Below are positions 50,047-59,602 of a stretch of DNA of 64,000 nt, piece by piece. The stretch comes from Bryobacterales bacterium (lineage in GTDB: Bacteria; Acidobacteriota; Terriglobia; Bryobacterales; UBA6623), in contig CAXXKD010000001.1 of the NCBI GenBank assembly GCA_963422375.2, forward strand, positions 430,769-494,768. Direction: 5' to 3'. Made by a program: the position numbers and the translations under genes. Position 1 is the stretch's first letter. Each line of letters opens with the position of its first letter. The notes beneath the pieces were generated by a model, which had not been told where the DNA came from, did not search any database, and worked only from the letters and a program-made list of their open reading frames with translations.

Positions 50047-50304
50047 ATGGAATACCGATTCGCCGAACCCGTGCTCCTGTACTGCGGGGGCATGCGCATG
50101 CGCGCCCTGCGAGCCGAGGAGGCGCTGCGCCTGATCGCGCGCGGCAGCGTGGCTCGGCCGCGGCGCAAGGTGGTGCGCTACCTCGAGATCCGCCACCCGG
50201 GCGCGAAGGGGCTGCCCGGCCGGACCGCCGGCTGGCGCACGGTCTACCGCGAGCGGCTCGGGAGCGGCGGCACGGTCTGGCAGCACCGCTTCGCCCGCCT
50301 TTAG
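50047..50304 (+). CDS. Phage hypothetical protein (85 aa, basic)
   Basis: GAGGG before ATG; phage-like codon usage; first gene of the late cluster. Confidence 0.6.
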   Translation: MEYRFAEPVLLYCGGMRMRALRAEEALRLIARGSVARPRRKVVRYLEIRHPGAKGLPGRTAGWRTVYRERLGSGGTVWQHRFARL

Positions 50305-50365
50305 CGCCTTTAGCGCGGATCTGCCAGAAAATCTTACAAGGGAACAGTCAGGGAACCTGAGCGGA

Positions 50366-50782
50366 ATGCTGTCGCGGAAGCCGGCCGGGGAGCGCCCGGG
50401 CCGGCGCGGCTCGTCGGCGAGCCGGGGCTACGGGCACCGCTGGCGCCTGGCCCGCGCCGGCTACCTGCGCCTGCATCCGCTGTGCCGGCCGTGCGCGCGG
50501 GCGGGGCGCGCGCGGGCGGCCGCGGTGGTCGATCACGTGCGGCCCCACCGGGGCGACCGGGCCCTGTTCTGGGACCCGGCCAACTGGCAGCCGCTGTGCC
50601 GGCCGTGCCACGACTCGCGCAAGCAGCGCGAGGAGCGCCGCGGCTACGCGGCCGGGCCGGGTCCGGACGGCTGGCCGGCGGACCCGCGGCACCCGGCCAA
50701 CCGGCAGGGGGGTAGGGGGGGCGAAAACCCCGCCCGCCCGCCCCGAGACCGGATTCGGGCGAAAAAAATCGCTAAAGCGTAG
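50366..50782 (+). CDS. HNH endonuclease (HK97 gp74-like terminase partner)
   Basis: HPLCRPC, VVDHVRPHRGD..LFWD..NWQPLCRPCH. Confidence 0.92.
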   Translation: MLSRKPAGERPGRRGSSASRGYGHRWRLARAGYLRLHPLCRPCARAGRARAAAVVDHVRPHRGDRALFWDPANWQPLCRPCHDSRKQREERRGYAAGPGPDGWPADPRHPANRQGGRGGENPARPPRDRIRAKKIAKA

Positions 50783-50792
50783 GAATTTCGCA

Positions 50793-51221
50793 TTGGACAA
50801 CCAGCGCGGCCGCAAGCCGGCGGCCCGGCTCCCCGCGCCCGACGCGGGCGCGATCCAGGTGCTCGAGCGCCAGCCGCCCCCGGAGCGGCTGAGCGCGTCC
50901 GAGCGGGCCGCGTGGGCCGAGGTGGTCGACGGCATGCCCGCGGAGTGGTTCTCGGGCCCGTCGATCGCGCTGCTGGAGCAGTACTGCGGCCACGTGGCCT
51001 CGGCGCGGCGCATCGCGGCGTGGATCGCGCTGGCCGAGAGCGAGGGCCTCGGAGGCGGGGGCGCGAGCCTCGACGAGTACGAGCGCCTGCTGCGCCTGCG
51101 CGAGCGCGAGACGCGGGCCGTGGCCAGCCTGGCCACGAAGATGCGCATCTCGCAGCAGGCCACGATCAACCAGCGCGGCAATCCGGCCGTCGCGCGCGGG
51201 AGCAAGCCGTGGGAGTGCTGA
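50793..51221 (+). CDS. Terminase small subunit
   Basis: PPERLS..ERAAW, LLEQYC, helical; lies between HNH and TerL. Confidence 0.8.
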   Translation: MDNQRGRKPAARLPAPDAGAIQVLERQPPPERLSASERAAWAEVVDGMPAEWFSGPSIALLEQYCGHVASARRIAAWIALAESEGLGGGGASLDEYERLLRLRERETRAVASLATKMRISQQATINQRGNPAVARGSKPWEC

Positions 51222-52762
51222 AGCGCTCGACGCGCAACGCCCGCTGGATCGAGCGCTACTGCCGCGTGCCCGAGGGCCGGGACGTGGGCCGCGCGCTGAA
51301 GCTGCGGCCGTTCCAGCGCCGCATCCTGCGCCTGATCTACGACAACGCCGCCGGCACGCGCACGGCGATCGTGTCGATGGGCCGCAAGAACGGCAAGACC
51401 ACCCTGCTGGCCTGCCTGCTCCTGCTGCACCTGGCCGGGCCCGAGGCCCGGCCCAACGCGCAGCTCTACTCGGCGGCCCAGTCGCGGGACCAGGCCGCCC
51501 TGCTGTACGGGCTGGCCGCGAAGATGGTGCGGCTCTCGCCGGACCTGGCGGGCCACGTGCGCGCCCGCGAGACGGCCAAGCAGCTGCTCTGCCCCGAGCT
51601 GGGCACGGTCTACCGGGCCCTCTCGGCGGAGGCGAGGACGTCCTACGGCATCAGCCCGACGTTCGTCGTGCACGACGAGCTGGGCCAGGTGCGCGGGCCG
51701 CGGTCGGAGCTCTACGACGCCCTCGAGACGGCCGTCGGGGCGCACGAGGAGCCCCTCACGGTGATCATCTCGACGCAGGCGCGGCGCGACGAGGACCTGC
51801 TCTCGCAGCTGATCGACGACGCCGCGGCCGGGCACGACCCGCATACCGTGCTGGCGCTGTGGACGGCCGATCCGGAACTGGACCCGTTCGGCGCGAAGGC
51901 CATGCGGCAGGCCTGCCCGGCCTACCGCGACTTCCTCGTGGCCGGCCAGGTGCGGCAGCTCGCGGAGCGGGCCCGGCGCATGCCCAGCCGCGAGGCGGCC
52001 TACCGCAACCTGATCCTCAACCAGCGCGTCGCGGACAAGGCCGAGAGCTGGCTGACGGCGGCTCTGTGGCGCTCCGCCCAGGCGGACCTGGACCTCGCGG
52101 GCTACGCGGGCCGGCCGTGCTGGGGCGGGCTGGACCTCTCCCTGACCAAGGATCTGACGGCGCTGGTGCTGGCCTTCGAGGCCGGCGCGCGGCGCTGGGA
52201 CGCGTTCGCTTGGCACTGGATGCCGGGCGACCGCGTGGCCGAGGCCTGCGAGACCGACGGGGCGCCCTACGACGCCTGGCGGCGCGAGGGCTTCCTGCGG
52301 GCGCCGCCGGGCCCGGTGGTCGACTACGCCCGCGTGGCCCGCGAGCTGGCGGGCCTGTGCGAGCTGTACCGCGTGCGCGAGATCGCCTACGACCGGCACA
52401 AGGTCGAGCTGCTGCGGCACGAGCTGGACAGGATCGGGCAGCGCGTGCCGCTGGCTCCGCACGGGCAGGGCTTCGCCAAGTCCTCCGAGACGGGCATGTG
52501 GATGCCGGGCTCGATCGAGGAGACCGAGGCGGCCCTGCTCGAGGGCCGCCTGCGGGTCGCGCGCAACCCGCTGCTGACGTGGTGCGCGGGCAACGCGGTC
52601 TGCGTGCCCAGCTCCCTCGAGCCCGCCGACCGGCGCTTCGACAAGCGTCGCGCGACGGGGCGCATCGACGGGGCGGTGGCCCTGGTGCAGGCCCTCGGGG
52701 CGGCCACGCGCCTGCCCCGGGGCCCGCGGAAGATCCGCTTCGAGAGGCTGGCGGTGGCATGA
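51215..52762 (+). CDS. Terminase large subunit
   Basis: Walker A GRKNGKTT, Walker B VVHDE, nuclease GGLDLS...RIDGAVAL. Confidence 0.95.
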   Translation: MLKRSTRNARWIERYCRVPEGRDVGRALKLRPFQRRILRLIYDNAAGTRTAIVSMGRKNGKTTLLACLLLLHLAGPEARPNAQLYSAAQSRDQAALLYGLAAKMVRLSPDLAGHVRARETAKQLLCPELGTVYRALSAEARTSYGISPTFVVHDELGQVRGPRSELYDALETAVGAHEEPLTVIISTQARRDEDLLSQLIDDAAAGHDPHTVLALWTADPELDPFGAKAMRQACPAYRDFLVAGQVRQLAERARRMPSREAAYRNLILNQRVADKAESWLTAALWRSAQADLDLAGYAGRPCWGGLDLSLTKDLTALVLAFEAGARRWDAFAWHWMPGDRVAEACETDGAPYDAWRREGFLRAPPGPVVDYARVARELAGLCELYRVREIAYDRHKVELLRHELDRIGQRVPLAPHGQGFAKSSETGMWMPGSIEETEAALLEGRLRVARNPLLTWCAGNAVCVPSSLEPADRRFDKRRATGRIDGAVALVQALGAATRLPRGPRKIRFERLAVA

Positions 52763-52917
52763 CGCGCGAGCGCCTGCGCACGGCGGCGGCCGTCGAGTCG
52801 CTGGCCGGGGCGGCGACGGCCTGCGCGGGCCTGTGGTCGTGGAGCCCGCCGGCGGCCCTGGTGTGCCTGGGGGCCCTGCTGATGCTCGACGCCTGGCGGC
52901 TGCGGGAGCGCTGCTGA
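52759..52917 (+). CDS. Small hydrophobic phage protein between TerL and portal
   Basis: ATGA overlap; two hydrophobic segments; usual position in HK97-like clusters. Confidence 0.65.
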   Translation: MTRERLRTAAAVESLAGAATACAGLWSWSPPAALVCLGALLMLDAWRLRERC

Positions 52918-52921
52918 GCCG

Positions 52922-54211
52922 ATGCTGAGCCACCTGGCGGAGCGCCGCGCGGGGCGGCATCCCCGCGACCCGGCCCTGGCCTCCCTGCTGGGCGCGCCCG
53001 CCGCGACGGCCGCGGGCCGGGCGGTGGACGAGCGGGAGGCGCTGGGAGCGACCGCGGTCTACGCCTGCGTGCGCAACACGGCCGAGACGCTGGCCGAGAT
53101 GCCCTGCCGCCTGCGGCGGGTGGCGCGGGACGAGGCCGGCCGCGAGCGCGGCGAGGACGCCCTGGGGCACCCGCTGCGCCGGGTCCTGCTCGAGGCGCCC
53201 AACGCGTGGCAGACGGCCTTCGATTTCTGGGAGTGCGTGGTCGAGCATCTCGAGCTGAGAGGCAACCACTACTCGGTGGTGCGGCGCGACGGGGCCGGCC
53301 GGGCGGCCGGGCTGGAGCCGCTGCATCCCGACCGGGTGGACGTGCGCTGGGATCCGTCCGAGCGGGCCCCCGGCCGGCGGCCGCTGTACCTCGTGGAGGG
53401 GGAGGCCGGCCGGTCCGCGCTGTGGCCGGGCGAGATCTTCCACGTGAGGGGGCCGATGCAGGGCGACGGCCTGCTGGGCTCCTCCCCGATCCGCATCCAC
53501 CGCGAGACGGTCGGCATGGCCCTGGCGGCGCGCGAGTACGGCGCGCGCCTGTTCGCGAACGACTCGCGCCCGGCCGGGGTGATCGAGACCGACGGGGTCT
53601 TCGAGGACGAGTCGCGACGGGAGGAATTCAAGCGGCAGTGGAGGGAGTCCTACGCCGGCCAGCAGCGCCACGGGGTGGCGGTGCTCGAGGCGGGCCTGCG
53701 ATTCAAGGCCATCGGCATGAGCAACGGCGACGCGCAGTACATCGAGCTGCGCGGCTTCACCGACCTCGAGATCGCGCGGCTGTTCCGCGTCCCGCCGTAC
53801 AAGATCGGGGTGCTCGAGAAGAGCACGCTGAACAACGTGGAGCAGCAGAACCGCGCCTGGGTGACCGACAAGCTGGCCCCGCTGGCGCGGCGCATCGAGG
53901 ACGCCGTCCAGCGCGACCTGATCGCGCCCTCGAGCCGCGGCTCGCTGCAGGCGCGCTTCGATTTCTCGCAGCTGCTGCGGGGCGACGTGCGGGCGCGGAC
54001 CGAGGCCAGCGCGCGGGGCATCCAGTGGGGCTGGCTGAGCCCCAACGACGTGCGGGCCCGCGAGGGCCTCAATCCGATCGGGCCGGCAGGCGACGTGTAC
54101 GTCTCGCCGGTGAACATGCGGCCGATGGCGGACCTGCTGGACGGGTCCGGCGGCCGGGAAGAGGGCGCGGAAGAGGGAGGCGGCGATGGAGCGCAGGGCG
54201 CTGGAGGCTAG
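52922..54211 (+). CDS. Phage portal protein (HK97 family)
   Basis: AVYACV, PNAWQT, LRGN, EIARLFRVPP, SPNDVRAREGLNP. Confidence 0.95.
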   Translation: MLSHLAERRAGRHPRDPALASLLGAPAATAAGRAVDEREALGATAVYACVRNTAETLAEMPCRLRRVARDEAGRERGEDALGHPLRRVLLEAPNAWQTAFDFWECVVEHLELRGNHYSVVRRDGAGRAAGLEPLHPDRVDVRWDPSERAPGRRPLYLVEGEAGRSALWPGEIFHVRGPMQGDGLLGSSPIRIHRETVGMALAAREYGARLFANDSRPAGVIETDGVFEDESRREEFKRQWRESYAGQQRHGVAVLEAGLRFKAIGMSNGDAQYIELRGFTDLEIARLFRVPPYKIGVLEKSTLNNVEQQNRAWVTDKLAPLARRIEDAVQRDLIAPSSRGSLQARFDFSQLLRGDVRARTEASARGIQWGWLSPNDVRAREGLNPIGPAGDVYVSPVNMRPMADLLDGSGGREEGAEEGGGDGAQGAGG

Positions 54212-54746
54212 CGGGCTGGAGGCGCGCGCCGGGGACGGCGCCGGGCCGCCCCGCCTGGAAGGGCACGCGGCGGTCTTCGGGGTCGAGGCGGACGTGGCGG
54301 GGATGTTCCGCGAGCGGATCGAGGCGGGGGCCTTCGCGGAGACGCTCGCGCGGGACGACATCCGGGCGTTGCGGAACCACGACCCGGGGCTCGTGCTGGG
54401 GCGCACCAGGGCCGGCACGCTGCGCCTGTCCGAGGACGGGCGCGGGCTGCTGGCGACGATCGACCCGCCGGACGCCGGCTACGCCCGCGACCTGATCGAG
54501 TCGGTGCGGCGCGGGGACGTCAGCGGCATGTCCGTCGGCTTCGCCGTGCTCGACGAGGCGTGGGGCATGGAAAGCGGCGTCGCGATGCGCACGCTCCGCA
54601 AGGTCAAGCTCTACGAGGTGTCGGTGGTGACGTTCCCGGCCTACGCCGAGACGGACGTGTCGCTGCGCTCGCTGGAAGCCCGGCGGGCGCCGTGGCGGCG
54701 CGCGCTGGCCAGGCGCCGCCTGGAGCTGGAGGAGGCCCGGGCCTGA
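54186..54746 (+). CDS. HK97 family prohead protease
   Basis: GHAAVF, NHD, GMSVGF, LYEVSVVTFPAY. Confidence 0.95.
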   Translation: MERRALEASGLEARAGDGAGPPRLEGHAAVFGVEADVAGMFRERIEAGAFAETLARDDIRALRNHDPGLVLGRTRAGTLRLSEDGRGLLATIDPPDAGYARDLIESVRRGDVSGMSVGFAVLDEAWGMESGVAMRTLRKVKLYEVSVVTFPAYAETDVSLRSLEARRAPWRRALARRRLELEEARA

Positions 54747-54789
54747 GGCCCGGCGGGACGGCCCCGACGGGGCCGGAAGGAGCAATCCG

Positions 54790-56004
54790 ATGGAGATTCG
54801 GGAGCTGCAGGAGCAGCGGGCGAAGGCCGTGGCCGACGCCAGGGCGGTGCTGGACCGCGCCGAGAAGGAGAACCGCGACCTCGGCGCCGAGGAGCGGGCG
54901 GCCTACGAGCGGGCCCTGGCCGCGGCCGGGGCGCTGAAGGACCGCATCGAGCGGCGCCGGCGGCAGGACGACCTCGAGCGCGACATGGCCGCGCTGGAGC
55001 CGCCGCCGACGGCCCGCGGCGGCGAGCGGCGCTCGCGCGAGGAGCTGGTCCGGGACGGGTTCCGCGCGTGGATCGTCAGCGGCCGCGAGGCCCGCGACGA
55101 CGAGGCGGCCCGCGAGTTCCGCGGCCAGACCGCGGGCAGCGCCGCCGAGGGCGGCTTCCTGACGGTCCCGGAGCGCTTCGTGACCAGCCTGATCCAGGGC
55201 CTGGACGACGCCGTCGTGATGCGCGCCTGGGCCACGATCTACCAGGTCAACGGGGCCGACAGCCTGGGCGTGCCCACGCTGGACCGCGACCCGGACGACC
55301 CGGACTGGACGACCGAGCTGCGCACGGGCTCCGAGGACGAGGGCATCCGCTTCGGGAAGCGCTCGCTGCACCCGCACCCGCTGGCCAAGCGCGTGCGCAT
55401 GAGCAACGAGATCCTGCGGCGGGCCGTGCTGCCGGTGGAGACGATCCTGCGGCAGCGCCTCGAGTACAAGGTGGCCGCGGCCCAGGAGCGGGCCTTCCTC
55501 GCCGGCAGCGGGGCGCACCAGCCGCTGGGCGTGTTCGCCGTCTCCGACGACGGCATCCCGGCCGCGCGCGACGTGGCCCAGGGCAACAAGGCGACCGAGA
55601 TCACCTTCGACGGGCTGATCGGGGCGAAGTTCAGCCTCAAGGGCGGGCACCGGCGCGCGGCGCGCTGGATCTTCCATCGCGACGCGCTCGAGAAGCTGGC
55701 CAAGATCAAGGACAAGGACGGGCGCTACATCTGGTCGGGCTCGGTGCGCGAGGGCGAGCCGGACCGCCTGCTCGGCCTGCCGTTCTTCGAGTCGGAGTTC
55801 GCTCCGCGCAAGTTCGTCTCGGGCGAGACGGTCGGCATCCTGGGCGATTTCCGGCACTACTGGGTCGCCGACGACATGCGGCTGCAGGTCAAGAGACTGG
55901 AGGAGCTGTACGCCGAGACCAACCAGGTCGGCCTGATCCTGCGGGCGGCCACCGACGGCATGCCGGTGCTGGCGGAAGCCTTCGCCCGCGTGAAGCTGGC
56001 CTAG
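54790..56004 (+). CDS. Major capsid protein (HK97 fold, coiled-coil delta domain)
   Basis: GGFLTVPE, KDKDGRYIW, RLLGLP, GDF, AF; GGAG RBS. Confidence 0.95.
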   Translation: MEIRELQEQRAKAVADARAVLDRAEKENRDLGAEERAAYERALAAAGALKDRIERRRRQDDLERDMAALEPPPTARGGERRSREELVRDGFRAWIVSGREARDDEAAREFRGQTAGSAAEGGFLTVPERFVTSLIQGLDDAVVMRAWATIYQVNGADSLGVPTLDRDPDDPDWTTELRTGSEDEGIRFGKRSLHPHPLAKRVRMSNEILRRAVLPVETILRQRLEYKVAAAQERAFLAGSGAHQPLGVFAVSDDGIPAARDVAQGNKATEITFDGLIGAKFSLKGGHRRAARWIFHRDALEKLAKIKDKDGRYIWSGSVREGEPDRLLGLPFFESEFAPRKFVSGETVGILGDFRHYWVADDMRLQVKRLEELYAETNQVGLILRAATDGMPVLAEAFARVKLA

Positions 56005-56032
56005 GGCCAGCCTGGGGAAAGAGGAGGGGAGC

Positions 56033-56455
56033 ATGAGAGCCCTGATCGACCGGGTCCGCGTGATGCGGACCAGCAACGCGGCGGCCGCCGGCAAGACGGA
56101 CGTCGCCGACGGCACGGCCGTGGACTCGAGCAACTACGAGGGCACGCTGTTCGTGGCGGCCGTCGGGACCGTCGTCGACGGCGGCGCCACGGCCGTGCAG
56201 GTCGTGGCCAGCGACGAGTCGGACATGAGCGATGCGGAGGAGGTGGCCGCGGTGGCCGTGCCGGACGGCGGCAGCGACAAGCTGGTGACGATCGACGTGC
56301 GCTACGCGCAGCGGCGCTACCTGCGCTGCGTGGTCAAGCGCAAGACCGCGAACGCGACGCTCGACGGCGTCGTGGCGCTGCAGTACGGGCCGCGCCGCGA
56401 GCCGGCGCCCCGGCACTCGACGGTGCTGGCCTCGGTCCGGGCGGCGGACCACTAG
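56033..56455 (+). CDS. Phage structural protein (possible head decoration)
   Basis: Beta-rich, RRYLR motif, directly after capsid, strong RBS. Confidence 0.6.
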   Translation: MRALIDRVRVMRTSNAAAAGKTDVADGTAVDSSNYEGTLFVAAVGTVVDGGATAVQVVASDESDMSDAEEVAAVAVPDGGSDKLVTIDVRYAQRRYLRCVVKRKTANATLDGVVALQYGPRREPAPRHSTVLASVRAADH

Positions 56456-57012
56456 TGCGGACGCTGGAAGCGCTGGACGATCCCGGCGGCCCGCCGCTGG
56501 GCCTCGACGCGGTCAAGGCCCACCTGCGGATCGAGGGGGAGGGCGAGGACGAGGCGGTCCGGCTGATCGCCGCGGCCGCCGCGGCCCGGGCCGAGTCCTT
56601 CGCCCGGCTGGGCCTGTCGGCGCGGCGGATGCGGCTGACGCTGGACGGCTTCCCGCCGGGAGGGCGGCCCGCGCAACTGCCGCGGCCGCCCGTGCCGGAG
56701 GTGGAGTCGGTCCTGTACCTGGGCCCCGACGGGGCCCAGCGCGAGCTGCCGGCGGACGGGTACCGCCTGGACGCGGCGCGCGGCCGGATCGCCCCGGCCG
56801 GCGGCGCCTGGCCGGCCGCGGCCCCCGCCCCGGGGTCGGTGGCGGTGACCTACCGGGGGGGCTACGCGCGGGCCGCGGACGTGCCCGCGCCCGTGCTGCA
56901 GGCGGTCCTGCTGATCGCGGGGAGCCTGTACGAGCATCCCGACGGGGAGGGGCCCGGGCTGCCGGCCGCGGCGCGGTCGCTGCTGGCCCCCTACCGCCGG
57001 ATTGCCGCGTGA
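56455..57012 (+). CDS. Head-tail connector/adaptor (gp6-like)
   Basis: LDAVKAHLRI, VPAPVLQAVLLIAGSLYEH, LLAPYR. Confidence 0.88.
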   Translation: MRTLEALDDPGGPPLGLDAVKAHLRIEGEGEDEAVRLIAAAAAARAESFARLGLSARRMRLTLDGFPPGGRPAQLPRPPVPEVESVLYLGPDGAQRELPADGYRLDAARGRIAPAGGAWPAAAPAPGSVAVTYRGGYARAADVPAPVLQAVLLIAGSLYEHPDGEGPGLPAAARSLLAPYRRIAA

Positions 57013-57022
57013 AGGAGGAACC

Positions 57023-57352
57023 GTGAGAGACGCGCTGATTTTCCTCGCGCTCGCCGCGACGGCCCTGGCGGGCATGGGCGCGGTGGACGCGCTGGCCGGG
57101 CCGCGGCCCGGCGAGCTGGAGCGGGCCCTGGCGGCGTGGCTGGGCAAGACGTTCACCTGCGCCGGGGCCACGCTGTTCTTTCTCGGGATGAAGAGGGCGC
57201 TCTTCCCCGAGTTCGACATCTTGAGGGTGATCCACGGCGAGCCGCCGTTCAGCCCGCACGGGGAGGACGTGCCCCGGGCGGCCTACATCGTGGGCTGGTG
57301 CCTGCTGTACGGGGCGACGCTGCTGGCCTTCGGCTGGGGCGGGGCGTACTGA
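57023..57352 (+). CDS. Putative holin (three TMs)
   Basis: AGGAGG RBS; three hydrophobic segments; directly precedes the endolysin. Confidence 0.6.
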   Translation: MRDALIFLALAATALAGMGAVDALAGPRPGELERALAAWLGKTFTCAGATLFFLGMKRALFPEFDILRVIHGEPPFSPHGEDVPRAAYIVGWCLLYGATLLAFGWGGAY

Positions 57353-57891
57353 TGCTCCTGCTGGCCGCGGCCCTGCTGGCGGTGCCGTGCGAGCTGGCCC
57401 CGGTCTTCGAGGCCGAGCTCGGCCGCGCCGGGGCGGCGGCGATGCGGGCCGAGCTGGCCGCGCAGATCCACCGCGAGTCGTCGTGGCGCCCGCGGGCGCG
57501 CTCGCGCTACGCCAGCGGGCTGGCCCAGTTCACCCCGCCGACGTGGAGCGACATCGCGCCGCTGACGGTCCCGCCCTGCGACGGGGCGGACCCGACCGAC
57601 CCGGGCTGCGCGATCCGGGCCCAGATCGTCTACATGCGGCGGCTGCTGGCGCGCTACCGCTTCGACCGCGACCGGTGGGAGTTCGCGTGGGCGGCCTACA
57701 ACGGCGGCCCGGGCTGGATCGGGCGCGAGAAGTCGCGCTGCCGGCGCGAGCCGGGCTGCGACCCGCGGCGCTGGACGGGCCACGTCGAGCGGCACTGCAT
57801 CCGGGCCGCCTGGGCCTGCGCGGAGAACCGCGCCTACCCGGCGAAAGTCGGGGGCCTCGTGCCCCTGTACCGGGAGGGCGGCTGCCGCTAG
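57352..57891 (+). CDS. Lytic transglycosylase (SLT) endolysin with N-terminal hydrophobic leader
   Basis: IHRESSW (catalytic E), GLAQF, AYNGG; several Cys. Confidence 0.88.
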   Translation: MLLLAAALLAVPCELAPVFEAELGRAGAAAMRAELAAQIHRESSWRPRARSRYASGLAQFTPPTWSDIAPLTVPPCDGADPTDPGCAIRAQIVYMRRLLARYRFDRDRWEFAWAAYNGGPGWIGREKSRCRREPGCDPRRWTGHVERHCIRAAWACAENRAYPAKVGGLVPLYREGGCR

Positions 57892-57910
57892 CGGGCCGGA
57901 AGGGAATCCG

Positions 57911-58126
57911 ATGAAGAATCCGATGAAGACGCTGGGGCTCGCGGCCCTGGGCTGCGCCTCGATCGTGCTCGCGTTCCTGTGGGCGATGAACGTGCACGAG
58001 CTGGGGCAGCGGATAGAGCGGATGGCCTTGCTGGCGTTCCAAATCGGGCCGGCGGTGGTGTTCGTGTCGTGCGGCGCGCTGGCGCTGCATTTGGCCTGGC
58101 AGTGCGCCCGGGGGGACTGCGAGTGA
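57911..58126 (+). CDS. Small two-TM phage protein
   Basis: Two hydrophobic helices; coupled to the next gene. Confidence 0.6.
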   Translation: MKNPMKTLGLAALGCASIVLAFLWAMNVHELGQRIERMALLAFQIGPAVVFVSCGALALHLAWQCARGDCE

Positions 58127-58452
58127 CCATGATCGAAGCGTTGTGCACGGCCCTGGCGCTGGCGTTCCTGTCGCCGCTGGCGGCGTTCGGGGCGGCGGCC
58201 TTCGTCGAGGGCGGGCGGCGGCGGCGGGCTTACCGCCGGCTGGCGTCCGACCCCCTGGTGCGCGTCGGAGCGGCCATCGAGCGGCTGGAGATAGAGGGCC
58301 TGCCGCACACCGCCCTGCGGGACTGCCGGATCGTCGAGTTCGGGGTCGGGCGCATGGCCGTGCGGGACGCCCGGGGCGCGGTGATGACGTTCACCGGGCG
58401 GGAGTTCGAGCGCTTGCACCCCGTGTTCGCGCCGCCCGAGGAGCGGTCGTGA
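58123..58452 (+). CDS. Membrane-anchored phage hypothetical protein
   Basis: N-terminal TM then small beta domain; GTGA overlaps. Confidence 0.55.
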   Translation: MTMIEALCTALALAFLSPLAAFGAAAFVEGGRRRRAYRRLASDPLVRVGAAIERLEIEGLPHTALRDCRIVEFGVGRMAVRDARGAVMTFTGREFERLHPVFAPPEERS

Positions 58453-58670
58453 CGGCGTTCCGGCCGCGCCCCGTGCCTGTCGCGGCGCTGTTCGCGGGGC
58501 TCGTATTGCTCGCGAACGCGCGCTGGCTGGAGATCGCCTGCGGCCTGCTGCTGGCGGTCGGCGGGCTGGCGGCCACGCTGCAGTCCGGGGCCTGGTCGGC
58601 GCTCTGCGGGCCTCTCGAGCGGCTGGCGGAGGCCTGGGAGGCCCGGAACCGCCGCAAGGGGGGCGCGTGA
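58449..58670 (+). CDS. Small hydrophobic phage protein
   Basis: GTGA overlaps at both ends; two hydrophobic segments. Confidence 0.55.
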   Translation: MTAFRPRPVPVAALFAGLVLLANARWLEIACGLLLAVGGLAATLQSGAWSALCGPLERLAEAWEARNRRKGGA

Positions 58671-59317
58671 GCGCCTGGGCCCTGGCGGGGGCGCTGGCCG
58701 CCGGCGTCGGGCTGGGCTTCGGCCTGGCGGCCCTGCTGCCGTCCCCGGGCCTGCCCGCGCAGGCGCTCGCCATCTGGGAGCGGGCCGGCCGGGCGCGGAT
58801 CGAGGCCGAGGCGCGAGCCTACGCGGCGGAGATGGGCTTGCGGGCCGCGGCCGTGAGGGAGGCTCGCGAGGCGGCCGAGGCCGCCCGCGCCGAGGCCGAG
58901 CGGAGGGGCTCGGAAACGGTCGCCGCGGTCGCCGCGGCCGAGCGGGAGACACTGCCCGTAGCCGCGCTCGACCGGAAGCGCTTGGAGCTGCTCCGCGCGG
59001 ATCTGCCGGAGGCCCTGCGGGTCAGCGGCGAGGAGATCGAGGCGCTGTTCCGGCAGGTGGCCGCCTTGCGGGACGCCCTGGCGGCGGCGCGCCGGGAGAC
59101 CGTTTCCGTGCGGGAGCTGGCCGACCGCTTCGAGGAGCTGGCGCAGCGCGAGCGGGCGGCCCGGGAGCTGGCCGAGGCCCGCGCCGGGACGCTCGAGGGG
59201 AGGCAGCGCTGGAAGCTGCGCTGGGGCGTCGGCGCGACGGCCGGCGCGGTCAAGGGATTCGGTCCCGGCTGGTCGCCGGGGGCGTCGATGGGCCTGACGG
59301 TCCTGTTCGGGAGGTAA
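58667..59317 (+). CDS. Spanin-like protein (TM, coiled coil, C-terminal amphipathic beta strands)
   Basis: N-terminal TM, long Ala/Glu/Arg coiled coil, tail WKLRWGVGATAGAV...GASMGLTVLF. Confidence 0.55.
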   Translation: MSAWALAGALAAGVGLGFGLAALLPSPGLPAQALAIWERAGRARIEAEARAYAAEMGLRAAAVREAREAAEAARAEAERRGSETVAAVAAAERETLPVAALDRKRLELLRADLPEALRVSGEEIEALFRQVAALRDALAAARRETVSVRELADRFEELAQRERAARELAEARAGTLEGRQRWKLRWGVGATAGAVKGFGPGWSPGASMGLTVLFGR

Positions 59318-59320
59318 GGA

Positions 59321-59602
59321 ATGGGCGAGTGGGTGCAGGTCGTGGACAGCGGCGTCAGCCTGGTCATATTGATCGTGGCCGCGGCCTTCTTCGTGCAGCG
59401 CGCCACGCGCTCGATGAGCCAGATCGCGGAGATGCACGCGATGGTGTCCCGGTCCTGCGGGGATCTGGCGGAGACGCACGCCAAGGTCGGCGAGGCCTGC
59501 GACCAGCTGGTCTCGCTGACCGGCATGCGCCGCCGGGAGCACGCCGAGATCCTGCGGGCGATCGAGGAGCTGGGGGCGGCCCGGGAGCGCCGGGAGCGAT
59601 GA
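59321..59602 (+). CDS. Small TM plus coiled-coil protein (BhlA/holin-like)
   Basis: One TM then heptads; GGAGG upstream. Confidence 0.5.
   Translation: MGEWVQVVDSGVSLVILIVAAAFFVQRATRSMSQIAEMHAMVSRSCGDLAETHAKVGEACDQLVSLTGMRRREHAEILRAIEELGAARERRER

Noticed and set aside
50348..54418. 1356-aa minus-strand ORF (and other long antisense ORFs over the prophage)
   Set aside because: Shadow of GC-rich plus-strand phage genes; Arg/Pro/Ala-rich with no motifs
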